A stretch of DNA of 64,000 nt from a virus (Duplodnaviria; Caudoviricetes): positions 1-64,000 of the IMG/VR virus record IMGVR_UViG_3300044719_000028. The stretch is one strand, 5' to 3'. The notes beneath the pieces are model-generated. The model was not told the origin of the DNA. It made no database searches and worked only from the letters and a program-made list of their open reading frames with translations. The position numbers and the translations under genes were made by a program. Position 1 is the stretch's first letter, and each line of letters starts with the position of its first letter. This document shows positions 1-7,818 of the stretch, one piece after another.

Positions 1-152
1 GCTGGCAATCGCTGTTTTCGCCGAAGCAACAGCAATGCTACAATATGCGACAAGCACAGGCCGACAAAGTGAGCTTGATTTAGCAATCACAAACAGGGAA
101 AGCAAGGGACGATGTTTATAGCATGCTTGATAGTTTATCGACGGAGGAATAA

Positions 153-377
153 ATGAAACAAATTGACGTAGAGCTTACAGCACAAGTGATTGACACAATG
201 AGTGAACGTGCACAATATCTCATGCGCGAACTTGATAGCATTGCAGATAAGATGCGCCAAACGAAAGACTTGTCATATGCCAGTGAAGCACAAAACGCAG
301 TAATCAGTTTTATTGTAAATGCCCGTCTTGATTTGCTCGTCACTCGTCCGATTCGTGAACTTATGAGGAAGGGGTAA
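153..377 (+). CDS. hypothetical protein (74 aa)
   Basis: ORF with GGAGG RBS in a packed small-gene run. Confidence 0.7.
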   Translation: MKQIDVELTAQVIDTMSERAQYLMRELDSIADKMRQTKDLSYASEAQNAVISFIVNARLDLLVTRPIRELMRKG

Positions 378-379
378 CT

Positions 380-532
380 ATGGCCGACATCTGCATGTGT
401 TCCGGCAAAGGTTGCCCAATGAAAGACAATTGCTATCGTCACACAGCACCAGTTAACGAATATCGGCAAGCGTACTTTGTGATTGTGCCGTACAATCCAG
501 AGAAACAAACTTGTGATTATTTTTTGGGATAA
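380..532 (+). CDS. small Cys-rich protein (50 aa)
   Basis: Hand-translated MADICMCSGKGCPMKDNCYRH...CDYFLG; fills the gap between neighbours. Confidence 0.65.
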   Translation: MADICMCSGKGCPMKDNCYRHTAPVNEYRQAYFVIVPYNPEKQTCDYFLG

Positions 533-547
533 TAAAGGGTATGTGAA

Positions 548-703
548 ATGAACAAACCAATCAAGCCTGTATATCAATCCGAACTCTACGCCGTGATTCG
601 CAAGGGAGCAACATGGGTTGTCGTCTTGTGCAGCAACTTTGAACGTGTGCAGTTTTCAGGAACGAAAACGTTTTGTATTGAATGGGCACAGGGGAATTCG
701 TGA
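548..703 (+). CDS. hypothetical protein (51 aa)
   Basis: Hand-translated MNKPIKPVYQSELYAVIRKG...; stop overlaps next start (TGATG). Confidence 0.6.
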   Translation: MNKPIKPVYQSELYAVIRKGATWVVVLCSNFERVQFSGTKTFCIEWAQGNS

Positions 704-999
704 TGACTAAAGAATATGCATTCTGGCCGTATGATCTTTTCCCGTATGTGCGCGGCGCCGCTGTAAGCGGAAAAGGTAACCTAAATAATGGTGATCCCAT
801 CGTATTTGCAGAGGGATTTGGCGCAATGAGGGCATCTCATCTATGCGATTTCTTCGAGGGATTTACACAGTATGACAAGATTAAAATTTTGGAACTAGAA
901 TATCAAAGAAAGCAAAGAGAATTGCTTTCCGAATACAAACAGAAGTTGGTCGACACTGCGCCATTTCTCTCTGAATTTCCAGCTTTTAAGGACAAATGA
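703..999 (+). CDS. hypothetical protein
   Basis: ORF 682..999, start trimmed to the coupled ATG at 703. Confidence 0.65.
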   Translation: MTKEYAFWPYDLFPYVRGAAVSGKGNLNNGDPIVFAEGFGAMRASHLCDFFEGFTQYDKIKILELEYQRKQRELLSEYKQKLVDTAPFLSEFPAFKDK

Positions 1000-1544
1000 T
1001 GAACCTAGCATATCAAGCAATGGTATTCGCACGAGAAGTGCATAAAGACCAGCGCAGAAAGTACACCAACGCACCCTATTTCGATCATCTTGCAGAGGTT
1101 GCCGGAATTGTGTCTAGCCTGTTGCCAGATATATCGGGCGGACGAAGTGATATCGAATATATCTTAGCAGTGGCATATCTGCATGACTGTGTAGAGGATC
1201 AGAATGTCAGCAAGGAGTTTCTGTTACAGAAGTTTGGCCCCATCGTAACGGAAGGTGTCATGCTCCTATCCGACCTAGAAGAAGGTAACAGAGCAACCCG
1301 CAAACGCTTGTCACGAGAACGTTTAGCCACTGCGCCGGGATGGGTGCAAACAATCAAATGTGCGGACTTGATTAGCAATACGTCAAGCATTGTGCAGCAT
1401 GATAAAGATTTTGCTAAAGTGTACTTGCAAGAAAAGCAAATGCTGTTAGGTGTGCTGACAAAAGCCGATCACAGATTGCGTGCAATCGCCTTCCAGCTTG
1501 CTAACGATGGATTGATTTCGCTTTCACGTCAGGAATGCTCCTAA
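996..1544 (+). CDS. HD-domain RelA/SpoT-type hydrolase (small alarmone hydrolase/Mesh1-like)
   Basis: Motifs HKDQRRKY..PYFDHL.EVA, LHDCVED and IKCADLISN match the SpoT hydrolase domain; no synthetase domain. Confidence 0.85.
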   Translation: MMNLAYQAMVFAREVHKDQRRKYTNAPYFDHLAEVAGIVSSLLPDISGGRSDIEYILAVAYLHDCVEDQNVSKEFLLQKFGPIVTEGVMLLSDLEEGNRATRKRLSRERLATAPGWVQTIKCADLISNTSSIVQHDKDFAKVYLQEKQMLLGVLTKADHRLRAIAFQLANDGLISLSRQECS

Positions 1545-1647
1545 AACGCATTTAACGGGCAGCTATGCCACGATCTGTGAAAAGATGTTGCGAACGTTGT
1601 ACATCGCTCTGCGCAGCGTGTAGCGCCTATAATCGAAAGGACAAACC

Positions 1648-1842
1648 ATGAAACAAATTACTTATCTAGGACAAACCTTTAACGCCCCTGACGAGTCTAA
1701 ATATGTTGCTGCGGATTCTGATGGGCGAGTATGGGCATATGTGGACATGCCGCGATGGTTTGATGGTTACTATGCCGCCACTACGTTAGGGTTTCTTCTT
1801 GGGCATCTTAACTCAGACTCTCTACCTGTTGTAGAGATTTAA
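1648..1842 (+). CDS. hypothetical protein (64 aa)
   Basis: ORF with RBS; YVAADSDGRVWAY motif typical of small phage proteins. Confidence 0.65.
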   Translation: MKQITYLGQTFNAPDESKYVAADSDGRVWAYVDMPRWFDGYYAATTLGFLLGHLNSDSLPVVEI

Positions 1843-1850
1843 AATAACGC

Positions 1851-1879
1851 TTGCGCAAGCACTCTAAGCGTGCTATTGT
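1851..1879 (+). promoter_or_regulatory. sigma70-like promoter
   Basis: TTGCGC-17-TATTGT preceded by GC. Confidence 0.5.
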
Positions 1880-1907
1880 GTGCTCCGTAATGACAACGGA
1901 GGAACAT

Positions 1908-2060
1908 ATGAGCATCATCAAAGCACTGATTAAGTACGTATTCAATGATCCTTGGACGTACAGTATGGATGGCTCCATTCGCGTGCACAAGGACACAGGC
2001 AAGACGGAATATCGTAATTGGGACGAATATGGCGCGTGGTATGACACGGAGCCGATGTAA
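1908..2060 (+). CDS. hypothetical protein (50 aa)
   Basis: GGAGG RBS, MSIIKALIKY... Confidence 0.6.
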   Translation: MSIIKALIKYVFNDPWTYSMDGSIRVHKDTGKTEYRNWDEYGAWYDTEPM

Positions 2061-2073
2061 AGGAGGATATGTC

Positions 2074-2250
2074 ATGAGCAAGAAAGTTGAAGCAATTCCG
2101 TTTATCACTGAAGATTACCTAGACAGTCTAGAATCTGTAAAGAATTTTCTCCAAGATTTTATTGATGACAGTAATCTGGCAGAAATGAAGGCAGCAATTG
2201 ATATTGCAGCGCGTGCTAAATGTTTTCGTGAAATGAGAGAGAACAAATGA
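2074..2250 (+). CDS. hypothetical protein (58 aa)
   Basis: AGGAGG RBS, MSKKVEAIPF... Confidence 0.65.
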   Translation: MSKKVEAIPFITEDYLDSLESVKNFLQDFIDDSNLAEMKAAIDIAARAKCFREMRENK

Positions 2251-2507
2251 ACATAAATTGGAAATCCCCAGCAATCAGAGAACGATTGCAAGAGGCTATA
2301 GCCACAATGACATGGCCTCATTTCCCGCACATCAGTATGATTAGCGAATGGCTAGATACTGACGAGGAAGGCTTACAACAATTCTGTTGCAAACATGCGC
2401 GCATCCAATGGACAACAGGGATTGGCACTATCGAAGCGGCCTATCTATTGATTGAAACAGCTTTTGAAAATGGGAATATTGACTCAGAGGGGAATGTGAG
2501 ATTATGA
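2247..2507 (+). CDS. hypothetical protein (86 aa)
   Basis: ATGA overlap with upstream gene. Confidence 0.65.
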   Translation: MNINWKSPAIRERLQEAIATMTWPHFPHISMISEWLDTDEEGLQQFCCKHARIQWTTGIGTIEAAYLLIETAFENGNIDSEGNVRL

Positions 2508-2689
2508 GCACAACAAAAGTTTACGACAAAGAAAACGTCTATCAATGCTGCGTCGTCAAGCATTCACAAGGGTATGAAGTTGTGTTTCCTCCAGAGGAGA
2601 CATTAAAAAGTCTGCACAAAAATACGATGTTAGAGGTGACAATATGGCTGGATCAAAATTTTGGTGTATTGGGATGGGTGCTGAAATGA
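2504..2689 (+). CDS. hypothetical protein (61 aa)
   Basis: ATGA overlaps on both sides. Confidence 0.6.
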   Translation: MSTTKVYDKENVYQCCVVKHSQGYEVVFPPEETLKSLHKNTMLEVTIWLDQNFGVLGWVLK

Positions 2690-2940
2690 AACTGTTCTTA
2701 ATCTCACAATCCCACAATAACGGCTATGACACATTCGATAGTGCCGTAGTTGCAGCAAAGGACGAAGACATGGCGAGAAAGATTCTGCCGGGATGGGGAA
2801 GGGGTGTAGATTTCACTCCTACGAGCCTAGACGGTGGTACATGGGCCGATCCAGAGCACGTCACAGCGGAATACATTGGTACAGCAAAGCCGGGAACGAA
2901 AGCCGGAACAGTGATTTGTGCATCATTTAATGCTGGATGA
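2686..2940 (+). CDS. hypothetical protein (84 aa)
   Basis: MKLFLISQ..GYDTFDSAVVAAKDE..AR, a common phage small-protein pattern. Confidence 0.7.
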   Translation: MKLFLISQSHNNGYDTFDSAVVAAKDEDMARKILPGWGRGVDFTPTSLDGGTWADPEHVTAEYIGTAKPGTKAGTVICASFNAG

Positions 2941-2946
2941 GGAGGA

Positions 2947-3135
2947 ATGAGCATGTTTCTTATTGTATATCGTGTCAAAGCAACTGGCAGGCTCAAACAA
3001 GCTTTTGTTAGTGCGGACACGAATAGGGAGGCAATAGACATTCTCAAGGGTGAATTCATGGCAGATGCGATTCAGATTGAACAGGTTACAAGTGTAAGCA
3101 AGGGCAGTGTGATTTATCCTGACGGGAGGTTTTAG
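2947..3135 (+). CDS. hypothetical protein (62 aa)
   Basis: GAGGAGG RBS. Confidence 0.65.
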   Translation: MSMFLIVYRVKATGRLKQAFVSADTNREAIDILKGEFMADAIQIEQVTSVSKGSVIYPDGRF

Positions 3136-3136
3136 G

Positions 3137-3475
3137 ATGAAAATCATCAAGTCACAAGATAAGGTGAAGGGCGCTATTGAATCCTTCCTTGCGAATTATC
3201 CGCAGTATAACACTCCGAATGCGCCATTCTACACAAAGGAGCGTTATAACAGAGTGATTGCGCTTGATCCTGACAAAGCTACACCGGAAGACATTAAAAG
3301 AGACATTAACTCTTCTTGGGTGATGTCTTTTTGTAGCGAGTGTGGTGGGGAGTTTGATACTGTGATTCAAGTTGGACAAGAGCCGGATTATGATAGCTGT
3401 ACAGCGTATCTGTGTAAAGACTGTCTGTATAAAGCATTTGATATGGTGGCTAAAGCGGAGTGTGAGAAATGTTAA
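3137..3475 (+). CDS. putative Zn-binding protein (112 aa)
   Basis: CSEC and CKDC pairs. Confidence 0.7.
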   Translation: MKIIKSQDKVKGAIESFLANYPQYNTPNAPFYTKERYNRVIALDPDKATPEDIKRDINSSWVMSFCSECGGEFDTVIQVGQEPDYDSCTAYLCKDCLYKAFDMVAKAECEKC

Positions 3476-3639
3476 TTGATATTGACCAGTTAATAGAGAT
3501 TGTACGAGACTCTACACAATGGAGAACTGTACTTGCACCACATCAGAACTGGAGTGATGAATACTCAGAGATTGATATAACGTATGTAGATGCAGACAAG
3601 TTGTTAGAAGGGTTGCACAATCTGAAGGATACAAAATAA
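3469..3639 (+). CDS. hypothetical protein (56 aa)
   Basis: Hand-translated MLIDIDQLIEIVRDS... Confidence 0.6.
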   Translation: MLIDIDQLIEIVRDSTQWRTVLAPHQNWSDEYSEIDITYVDADKLLEGLHNLKDTK

Positions 3640-3653
3640 TTTGCTTAACATGC

Positions 3654-3683
3654 TTGACAAGCCCCTCTTGCGTGGTCTACTAT
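3654..3683 (+). promoter_or_regulatory. sigma70-like early promoter
   Basis: gcTTGACA-18-TACTAT, then A/C-rich leader and GGAGAACATCATG. Confidence 0.65.
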
Positions 3684-3720
3684 ACACACATGGCAGGACA
3701 AACAACCACAGGAGAACATC

Positions 3721-3936
3721 ATGTTGAAAGCAAACCCGAAAGCCCCTACCGTCGCACATACACACTACCAGATTGGCACGTATCAAAGCGGGTTCCGTCT
3801 GTTCATGTTCACTAAGCCCGGTATCAATCTGTTGGACCAATACATTGCGGCAGTGTGCGAGGATATCGAACCGTTGCGCATGATTGCTGAAAAATTGCAG
3901 CTTGAGTATAGCGGCTGGCCGCATGCTAATTGCTAA
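3721..3936 (+). CDS. hypothetical protein (71 aa)
   Basis: AGGAG RBS behind its own promoter. Confidence 0.7.
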   Translation: MLKANPKAPTVAHTHYQIGTYQSGFRLFMFTKPGINLLDQYIAAVCEDIEPLRMIAEKLQLEYSGWPHANC

Positions 3937-3946
3937 AGGATTGGTA

Positions 3947-4174
3947 ATGTCTAATCCCAATCGTACGGCTTACATGGCACAAAAGCCTCGTAAACTGGTT
4001 GCGACAAACGAACAAATGTTTTCAACCCGCACGGAGGCTAACAGTGAAGCTGAAAAGCGGAAAGCACAAGGGGAGACAAACGTACGTGTAACTGCGCTCA
4101 CAACAGGGCCACGTACAAAGCCTGTAAGACGCTATATCGTGCGGACATATGTTTCTATAGGGGAGGTGAAATAA
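3947..4174 (+). CDS. basic hypothetical protein (75 aa)
   Basis: AAGGA RBS, MSNPNRTAYM... Confidence 0.6.
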   Translation: MSNPNRTAYMAQKPRKLVATNEQMFSTRTEANSEAEKRKAQGETNVRVTALTTGPRTKPVRRYIVRTYVSIGEVK

Positions 4175-4299
4175 TGACTAACGAAGCACTCCAAAAGGCA
4201 CAGAAAGCCATGCAGAGGGCGCTTAAGAAGTATGGTGCCAATTCTCCGCAATTTCAGGCTGCACAGCGTAAGTGGGTGGCGCTGAAGGAAAGAGCTTGA
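4174..4299 (+). CDS. small basic helical protein (41 aa)
   Basis: GGAGG RBS, MTNEALQKAQKAMQRALKKYG...; followed by a terminator. Confidence 0.6.
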   Translation: MTNEALQKAQKAMQRALKKYGANSPQFQAAQRKWVALKERA

Positions 4300-4330
4300 C
4301 AGCAATCGTCCGTCAGGACAATTCCAGACA

Positions 4331-4352
4331 AGGGCGCACAAGCGCCTTTTGT
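4331..4352 (+). terminator. intrinsic terminator
   Basis: AAGGGCGC-ACAA-GCGCCTTTT followed by T-rich run. Confidence 0.7.
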
Positions 4353-4367
4353 TGTGTGTTATGGTTG

Positions 4368-4764
4368 CACATCTGCTGGATGCAATCAATTGCCTCTCAG
4401 GGATGCATTTATGTTGTCTCTTGTATTCGCTTTGCTCTTGCACCAAACAAATTTAATCTTACTCGCATGCGCTCGCGCTTAAAGGCATTGCACCTAACAA
4501 TCATATGATGTACAATGATCTTATCTATTCGTTCCACTGCGCAGGCGAAGCCGTAGCAGAGGGACAGAGAGTAAGTAAGAATCTTAGTCTTTAAGAACGT
4601 TCTTCTATTAAAGTCTATTCTTTTATCTCTTCCTATATATCTATTAGTACGGTCTCACAGAGGCAATTAATTGCATCACTGAGAGGCATATCAACATCTG
4701 TGAGATGCATTTGTTGATCTAGAAGATGCATTTCATCCTGTGTATATTGCCTCTCACAGAGGCA
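4368..4764. repeat. iteron/operator-like array of 17-bp sites TGC(A/C)TC-N5-GA(T/G)GCA; putative replication origin
   Basis: Copies at 4368, 4390, 4649, 4672, 4693, 4714, 4748, flanking an AT-rich tract at about 4571-4648. Confidence 0.7.
4488..4516 (+). promoter_or_regulatory. sigma70-like promoter firing into the AT-rich tract (no ORF downstream)
   Basis: TTGCAC-17-TACAAT. Confidence 0.5.
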
Positions 4765-4771
4765 TTTAAAC

Positions 4772-4800
4772 TTGACAGTATCAGTTGCTCGTGGTACATT
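4772..4800 (+). promoter_or_regulatory. promoter of the CopG-like/Rep-like operon
   Basis: TTGACA-17-TACATT with TGn extension; 7 bp downstream of the last repeat. Confidence 0.7.
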
Positions 4801-4827
4801 ATAAGAGTAGCAACCAAAGGAATTATC

Positions 4828-5028
4828 ATGAAACTTGATCTTAACATTGATCTTATCCGATGGATCGATGCTAACAAAGCTGGCATGTCTAGACCGGCAT
4901 TCATCATCCAAAAGTTAAGAGAACTAATGCAAGACACGAAGCCGAACGGCGATATCCATACGAAAGGACAACAAAATGACGAAGTACATCTCCCCGATGG
5001 AGTTAACCACACTCCTAAACAGGTCTAA
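4828..5028 (+). CDS. ribbon-helix-helix (CopG/Arc-like) DNA-binding protein (66 aa)
   Basis: Beta strand MKLDLN, helix IDLIRWIDAN, turn AGMS, helix RPAFIIQKLRELM; start trimmed to the RBS-preceded ATG. Confidence 0.6.
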   Translation: MKLDLNIDLIRWIDANKAGMSRPAFIIQKLRELMQDTKPNGDIHTKGQQNDEVHLPDGVNHTPKQV

Positions 5029-5596
5029 AGATTCTGTTCTCAATCTCACAGTTTACGAATTCCGTTTTCTGTCGTTCCTACTGGCTCGCGTCAACAAGGA
5101 TAAGCTATCCACTCACGGATACCTTGCTTGGCCCGGTACAGACCAAATCATAGAATTTACAGGGTTATCCAAGCCAACAATCGAACGCTCGCGCAAGACT
5201 CTTGTTAGTGCGGGGTGGATGCAGTACACGCCGGGGCATGGTGCAGGTTCTAGCAATCATTACTATATCAATGCGTCTAAGATCATTAGTGCATACGTGG
5301 CATCAGGGTATGATGCACCAGATAAAGAGATTTATGCAACTGTTGTGCAAGAGAAAGCAAAGAAGCAACACAAACGCAACACTGATAATCTTGTGCAGAA
5401 CAAGAAAGCCAAACAAGAAGAGAAATCACCTGAGCCAGTGCAAGATGAGCCTAAAACCAATCCTGACGGTTCTCCCAAGTGGTTTAAGAACGGGACACGT
5501 CGATACACATGGGATGACGTTATGATGCCCCCTAAGCCCGTTAATGCGGCCCCAAGCGCATCGACATATTATGAAGACCTAGAAGCACCGTTCTAG
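4976..5596 (+). CDS. winged-HTH replication initiator-like protein (206 aa)
   Basis: AWPGTDQIIEFTGLSKPTIERSRKTLVSAGW...SSNHYYIN resembles HTH_36-type phage/plasmid initiators; acidic C-terminus EDLEAPF. Confidence 0.75.
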   Translation: MTKYISPMELTTLLNRSKDSVLNLTVYEFRFLSFLLARVNKDKLSTHGYLAWPGTDQIIEFTGLSKPTIERSRKTLVSAGWMQYTPGHGAGSSNHYYINASKIISAYVASGYDAPDKEIYATVVQEKAKKQHKRNTDNLVQNKKAKQEEKSPEPVQDEPKTNPDGSPKWFKNGTRRYTWDDVMMPPKPVNAAPSASTYYEDLEAPF

Positions 5597-5601
5597 CATA
5601 C

Positions 5602-5622
5602 GCCGCCTCCGGGCGGCTTTTC
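5602..5622 (+). terminator. intrinsic terminator
   Basis: GCCGCC-TCCG-GGCGGC-TTTTCT. Confidence 0.75.
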
Positions 5623-5665
5623 TATTTGTCGCCTAACAAACACAAAAATAAACAAGAATTCAAGC

Positions 5666-5694
5666 TTGACACTGACAGATAGCACAAGTAACAT
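5666..5694 (+). promoter_or_regulatory. sigma70-like early promoter
   Basis: gcTTGACA-17-TAACAT. Confidence 0.65.
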
Positions 5695-5730
5695 AAGCAC
5701 ATGTTCAACAAATCACTAACGGAGCCTACC

Positions 5731-5961
5731 ATGTACCAAACCATGCTCAAGAATCAACGTGTAACGTTCGTCTCTGATGTCATCCAAGCTATCAACCATA
5801 GCCCGTTCTATCACTGGTATAACGAAAAGAGCAATCGTTATGTAGTTAGCAACAAGGATAACAAAATGACTGTTGCCGCAGGACTCACCAAAGAAGAGGC
5901 GGAAGCTTGTGTAATGTTTAAAGCTAATCAGCATATCTACAACCGAGTGCAGAAAGGATAA
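5731..5961 (+). CDS. hypothetical protein (76 aa)
   Basis: GGAG RBS behind promoter. Confidence 0.65.
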   Translation: MYQTMLKNQRVTFVSDVIQAINHSPFYHWYNEKSNRYVVSNKDNKMTVAAGLTKEEAEACVMFKANQHIYNRVQKG

Positions 5962-5965
5962 CATC

Positions 5966-6064
5966 ATGTGCAACAAATGCTCTAAGTGTGGGAAAGTGTT
6001 GCCAATCTTACGGTATGAGGGATTGTGCGAAGGATTGCCGGAATATGTTGTAAATGGCTATTGA
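5966..6064 (+). CDS. tiny Cys-rich protein (32 aa)
   Basis: Hand-translated MCNKCSKCGKVLP...; AGGA-ACATCATG start context. Confidence 0.4.
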   Translation: MCNKCSKCGKVLPILRYEGLCEGLPEYVVNGY

Positions 6065-6082
6065 GAATTTTACTTAAAGTGC

Positions 6083-6111
6083 TTGCATTCTTAAACGAGT
6101 GCAGGCATACT
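6083..6111 (+). promoter_or_regulatory. sigma70-like early promoter
   Basis: gtgcTTGCAT-17-CATACT. Confidence 0.55.
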
Positions 6112-6147
6112 AAACACATCTGAACAACACATCTACAGGCTAACATC

Positions 6148-6294
6148 ATGAACATCAAAGACAAAATCATTCGCACTGTGCAAATCGTTGCTAGTGTTGT
6201 TGTAGTGGGGATTCCAGCCGATCTTATGATTCGTGGTGTTGATAGCTTCATGGGACAGTTTGTGATTAATGCAATGCTTGGTAAACTCTTCTGA
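6148..6294 (+). CDS. small membrane protein (48 aa)
   Basis: Hand-translated MNIKDKIIRTVQIVASVVVVGIPADL...; hydrophobic. Confidence 0.55.
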   Translation: MNIKDKIIRTVQIVASVVVVGIPADLMIRGVDSFMGQFVINAMLGKLF

Positions 6295-6303
6295 GGAAAC
6301 ATC

Positions 6304-6537
6304 ATGCTCATCACTCGTGCAATCCTCTCTTTCCTCCTTATGGCTGGCTTTGTAGGCTACATCGTCGTAGATCAACAGCAAACACAAGAACGTGTTGCAA
6401 AGCGTGAAGCTGAGCATGCTAAATATCGTGCTTATGAATTGTGCAAGATGTATTTCATCAATGCTGAAACGACGAAGCAATATGGCTTGGAAGTGGGGAT
6501 GGAAGCTAACAAGCATTGTGTGGATAGGCTGAACTAA
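6304..6537 (+). CDS. membrane-anchored protein (77 aa)
   Basis: N-terminal TM segment AILSFLLMAGFVGYIVV. Confidence 0.65.
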   Translation: MLITRAILSFLLMAGFVGYIVVDQQQTQERVAKREAEHAKYRAYELCKMYFINAETTKQYGLEVGMEANKHCVDRLN

Positions 6538-6544
6538 ATTGTGC

Positions 6545-6573
6545 TTGCAAAGCTTAAGAGTCTTAGATAGAAT
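6545..6573 (+). promoter_or_regulatory. sigma70-like early promoter
   Basis: gtgcTTGCAA-17-TAGAAT. Confidence 0.6.
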
Positions 6574-6607
6574 GTAGGCATTGGATAACAAACACGGAGC
6601 AACGAAC

Positions 6608-6775
6608 ATGACAATCATCCCTCTCTTCGTCATCTTCCTAATGTGCATCTTCGCAATGTTCCTTGTCATGAGTATTGTAGAAGACATGAAAAAGGATGAG
6701 CCTGTAGACATGTCTGTGTTTGAGCAACAAAGCTGGGAAGCTCGGCAGAAACGTTTTCAACAAATGGGGATTTAA
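6608..6775 (+). CDS. membrane-anchored protein (55 aa)
   Basis: TM segment IIPLFVIFLMCIFAMFLVMSIV. Confidence 0.6.
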   Translation: MTIIPLFVIFLMCIFAMFLVMSIVEDMKKDEPVDMSVFEQQSWEARQKRFQQMGI

Positions 6776-6777
6776 TC

Positions 6778-7023
6778 ATGAAACGTAAAAACTACATCAT
6801 CACTAGCAGTGTTGGTCATCGTGTTGTCAAGCATGCTTGGAATAGCTCCATTCGTGAGATTGAGAAGCTTGTACAAGAGATGGCACAACAAGAACATACT
6901 ACCTATACCCTAACAGGTACAAACAGTGTTAAAGAAGGTTTTAACCATGTGTCAGGCTATCGTGAGTGGCAGAGTAAAGCAACAGGCAAGTATGTGATGT
7001 TTGATGTAGAGTTGGAGAAATAA
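6778..7023 (+). CDS. hypothetical protein (81 aa)
   Basis: Packed ORF. Confidence 0.65.
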   Translation: MKRKNYIITSSVGHRVVKHAWNSSIREIEKLVQEMAQQEHTTYTLTGTNSVKEGFNHVSGYREWQSKATGKYVMFDVELEK

Positions 7024-7025
7024 AC

Positions 7026-7412
7026 ATGGCTAAGAACGACAGCATTTATACGTTAGAAAGAAAAATAAAACTCTTGACTGGTGCAAGAAAATTTATCAAA
7101 AATAAAGAGTGTGACTACATCTGTGTTGCCATTTCTAAAAGTGTAGATTATAGGTGGAATTACTACATAGAGAATCAAATATCTTGGGAGTTGAGAGATT
7201 ACATTTCAAAAGAACTGAGAAACGATCTGACGCTTAATTGTTGGATGAGTAGACGAAGGAAATACAATAGTTTTAAGCAAACACCAGAATCTATGAGGAA
7301 ATATCGCCTACAATGGATTGATTGGATGTTGTCATGTCTGCGGGAAGACCTCGCATCTAAGACAACCAGCACTCGAAGCAAAGCTTCTCAGCTGTTATTA
7401 CAAGAATCTTAA
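7026..7412 (+). CDS. hypothetical protein (128 aa)
   Basis: GGAG RBS; AT-rich ORF. Confidence 0.65.
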   Translation: MAKNDSIYTLERKIKLLTGARKFIKNKECDYICVAISKSVDYRWNYYIENQISWELRDYISKELRNDLTLNCWMSRRRKYNSFKQTPESMRKYRLQWIDWMLSCLREDLASKTTSTRSKASQLLLQES

Positions 7413-7438
7413 ATAGTTTCTTTTCTATCGAAAAGTGC

Positions 7439-7466
7439 TTGACTTGCTTTGTAGGAGTGCTATACT
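7439..7466 (+). promoter_or_regulatory. sigma70-like early promoter
   Basis: gtgcTTGACT-16-TATACT. Confidence 0.6.
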
Positions 7467-7509
7467 GTTCTACATGGGCAGCACGAATAACATTGTTAAG
7501 GAGAACATC

Positions 7510-7719
7510 ATGGCAACGAACCAGCAACAGGTAGAACAAGCAATCAAAGAGATTCGTGCAACTAAGCGTAAGGTGAATGGTGGTGTTAACAAGAATCTCG
7601 TGTTTATGATTCTGAAGCGGTATAAGGCTGCTAACTGGTGGAACACGTACGAGGATAACGAGTTCTCGAAAGCTATTTCCAATGCAGCTTGGGATTTTAT
7701 TGAGAGTGACGGTAAGTGA
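7510..7719 (+). CDS. hypothetical protein (69 aa)
   Basis: AAGGAGAACATCATG start. Confidence 0.7.
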   Translation: MATNQQQVEQAIKEIRATKRKVNGGVNKNLVFMILKRYKAANWWNTYEDNEFSKAISNAAWDFIESDGK

Positions 7720-7755
7720 TGCAATGCAGCGCCCTACGGGGCGCATAAATAGTGC

Positions 7756-7783
7756 TTGCAAATCTTTGCAAATGCTGTAGAAT
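7756..7783 (+). promoter_or_regulatory. sigma70-like early promoter
   Basis: gtgcTTGCAA-16-TAGAAT, downstream of hairpin GCGCCC-TACG-GGGCGC (7729-7744). Confidence 0.55.
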
Positions 7784-7818
7784 GTATTTTATTGGATAAC
7801 ACAACAAGGACAACAATC

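Noticed and set aside
1-152. Possible frameshift near GGGAAAG (96-102) in the partial first gene
   Set aside because: Frame 2 then frame 3 each look protein-like, but this needs a +1 shift, the heptamer is not in the -1 register, and the gene is cut by the window edge; could be a sequence error.
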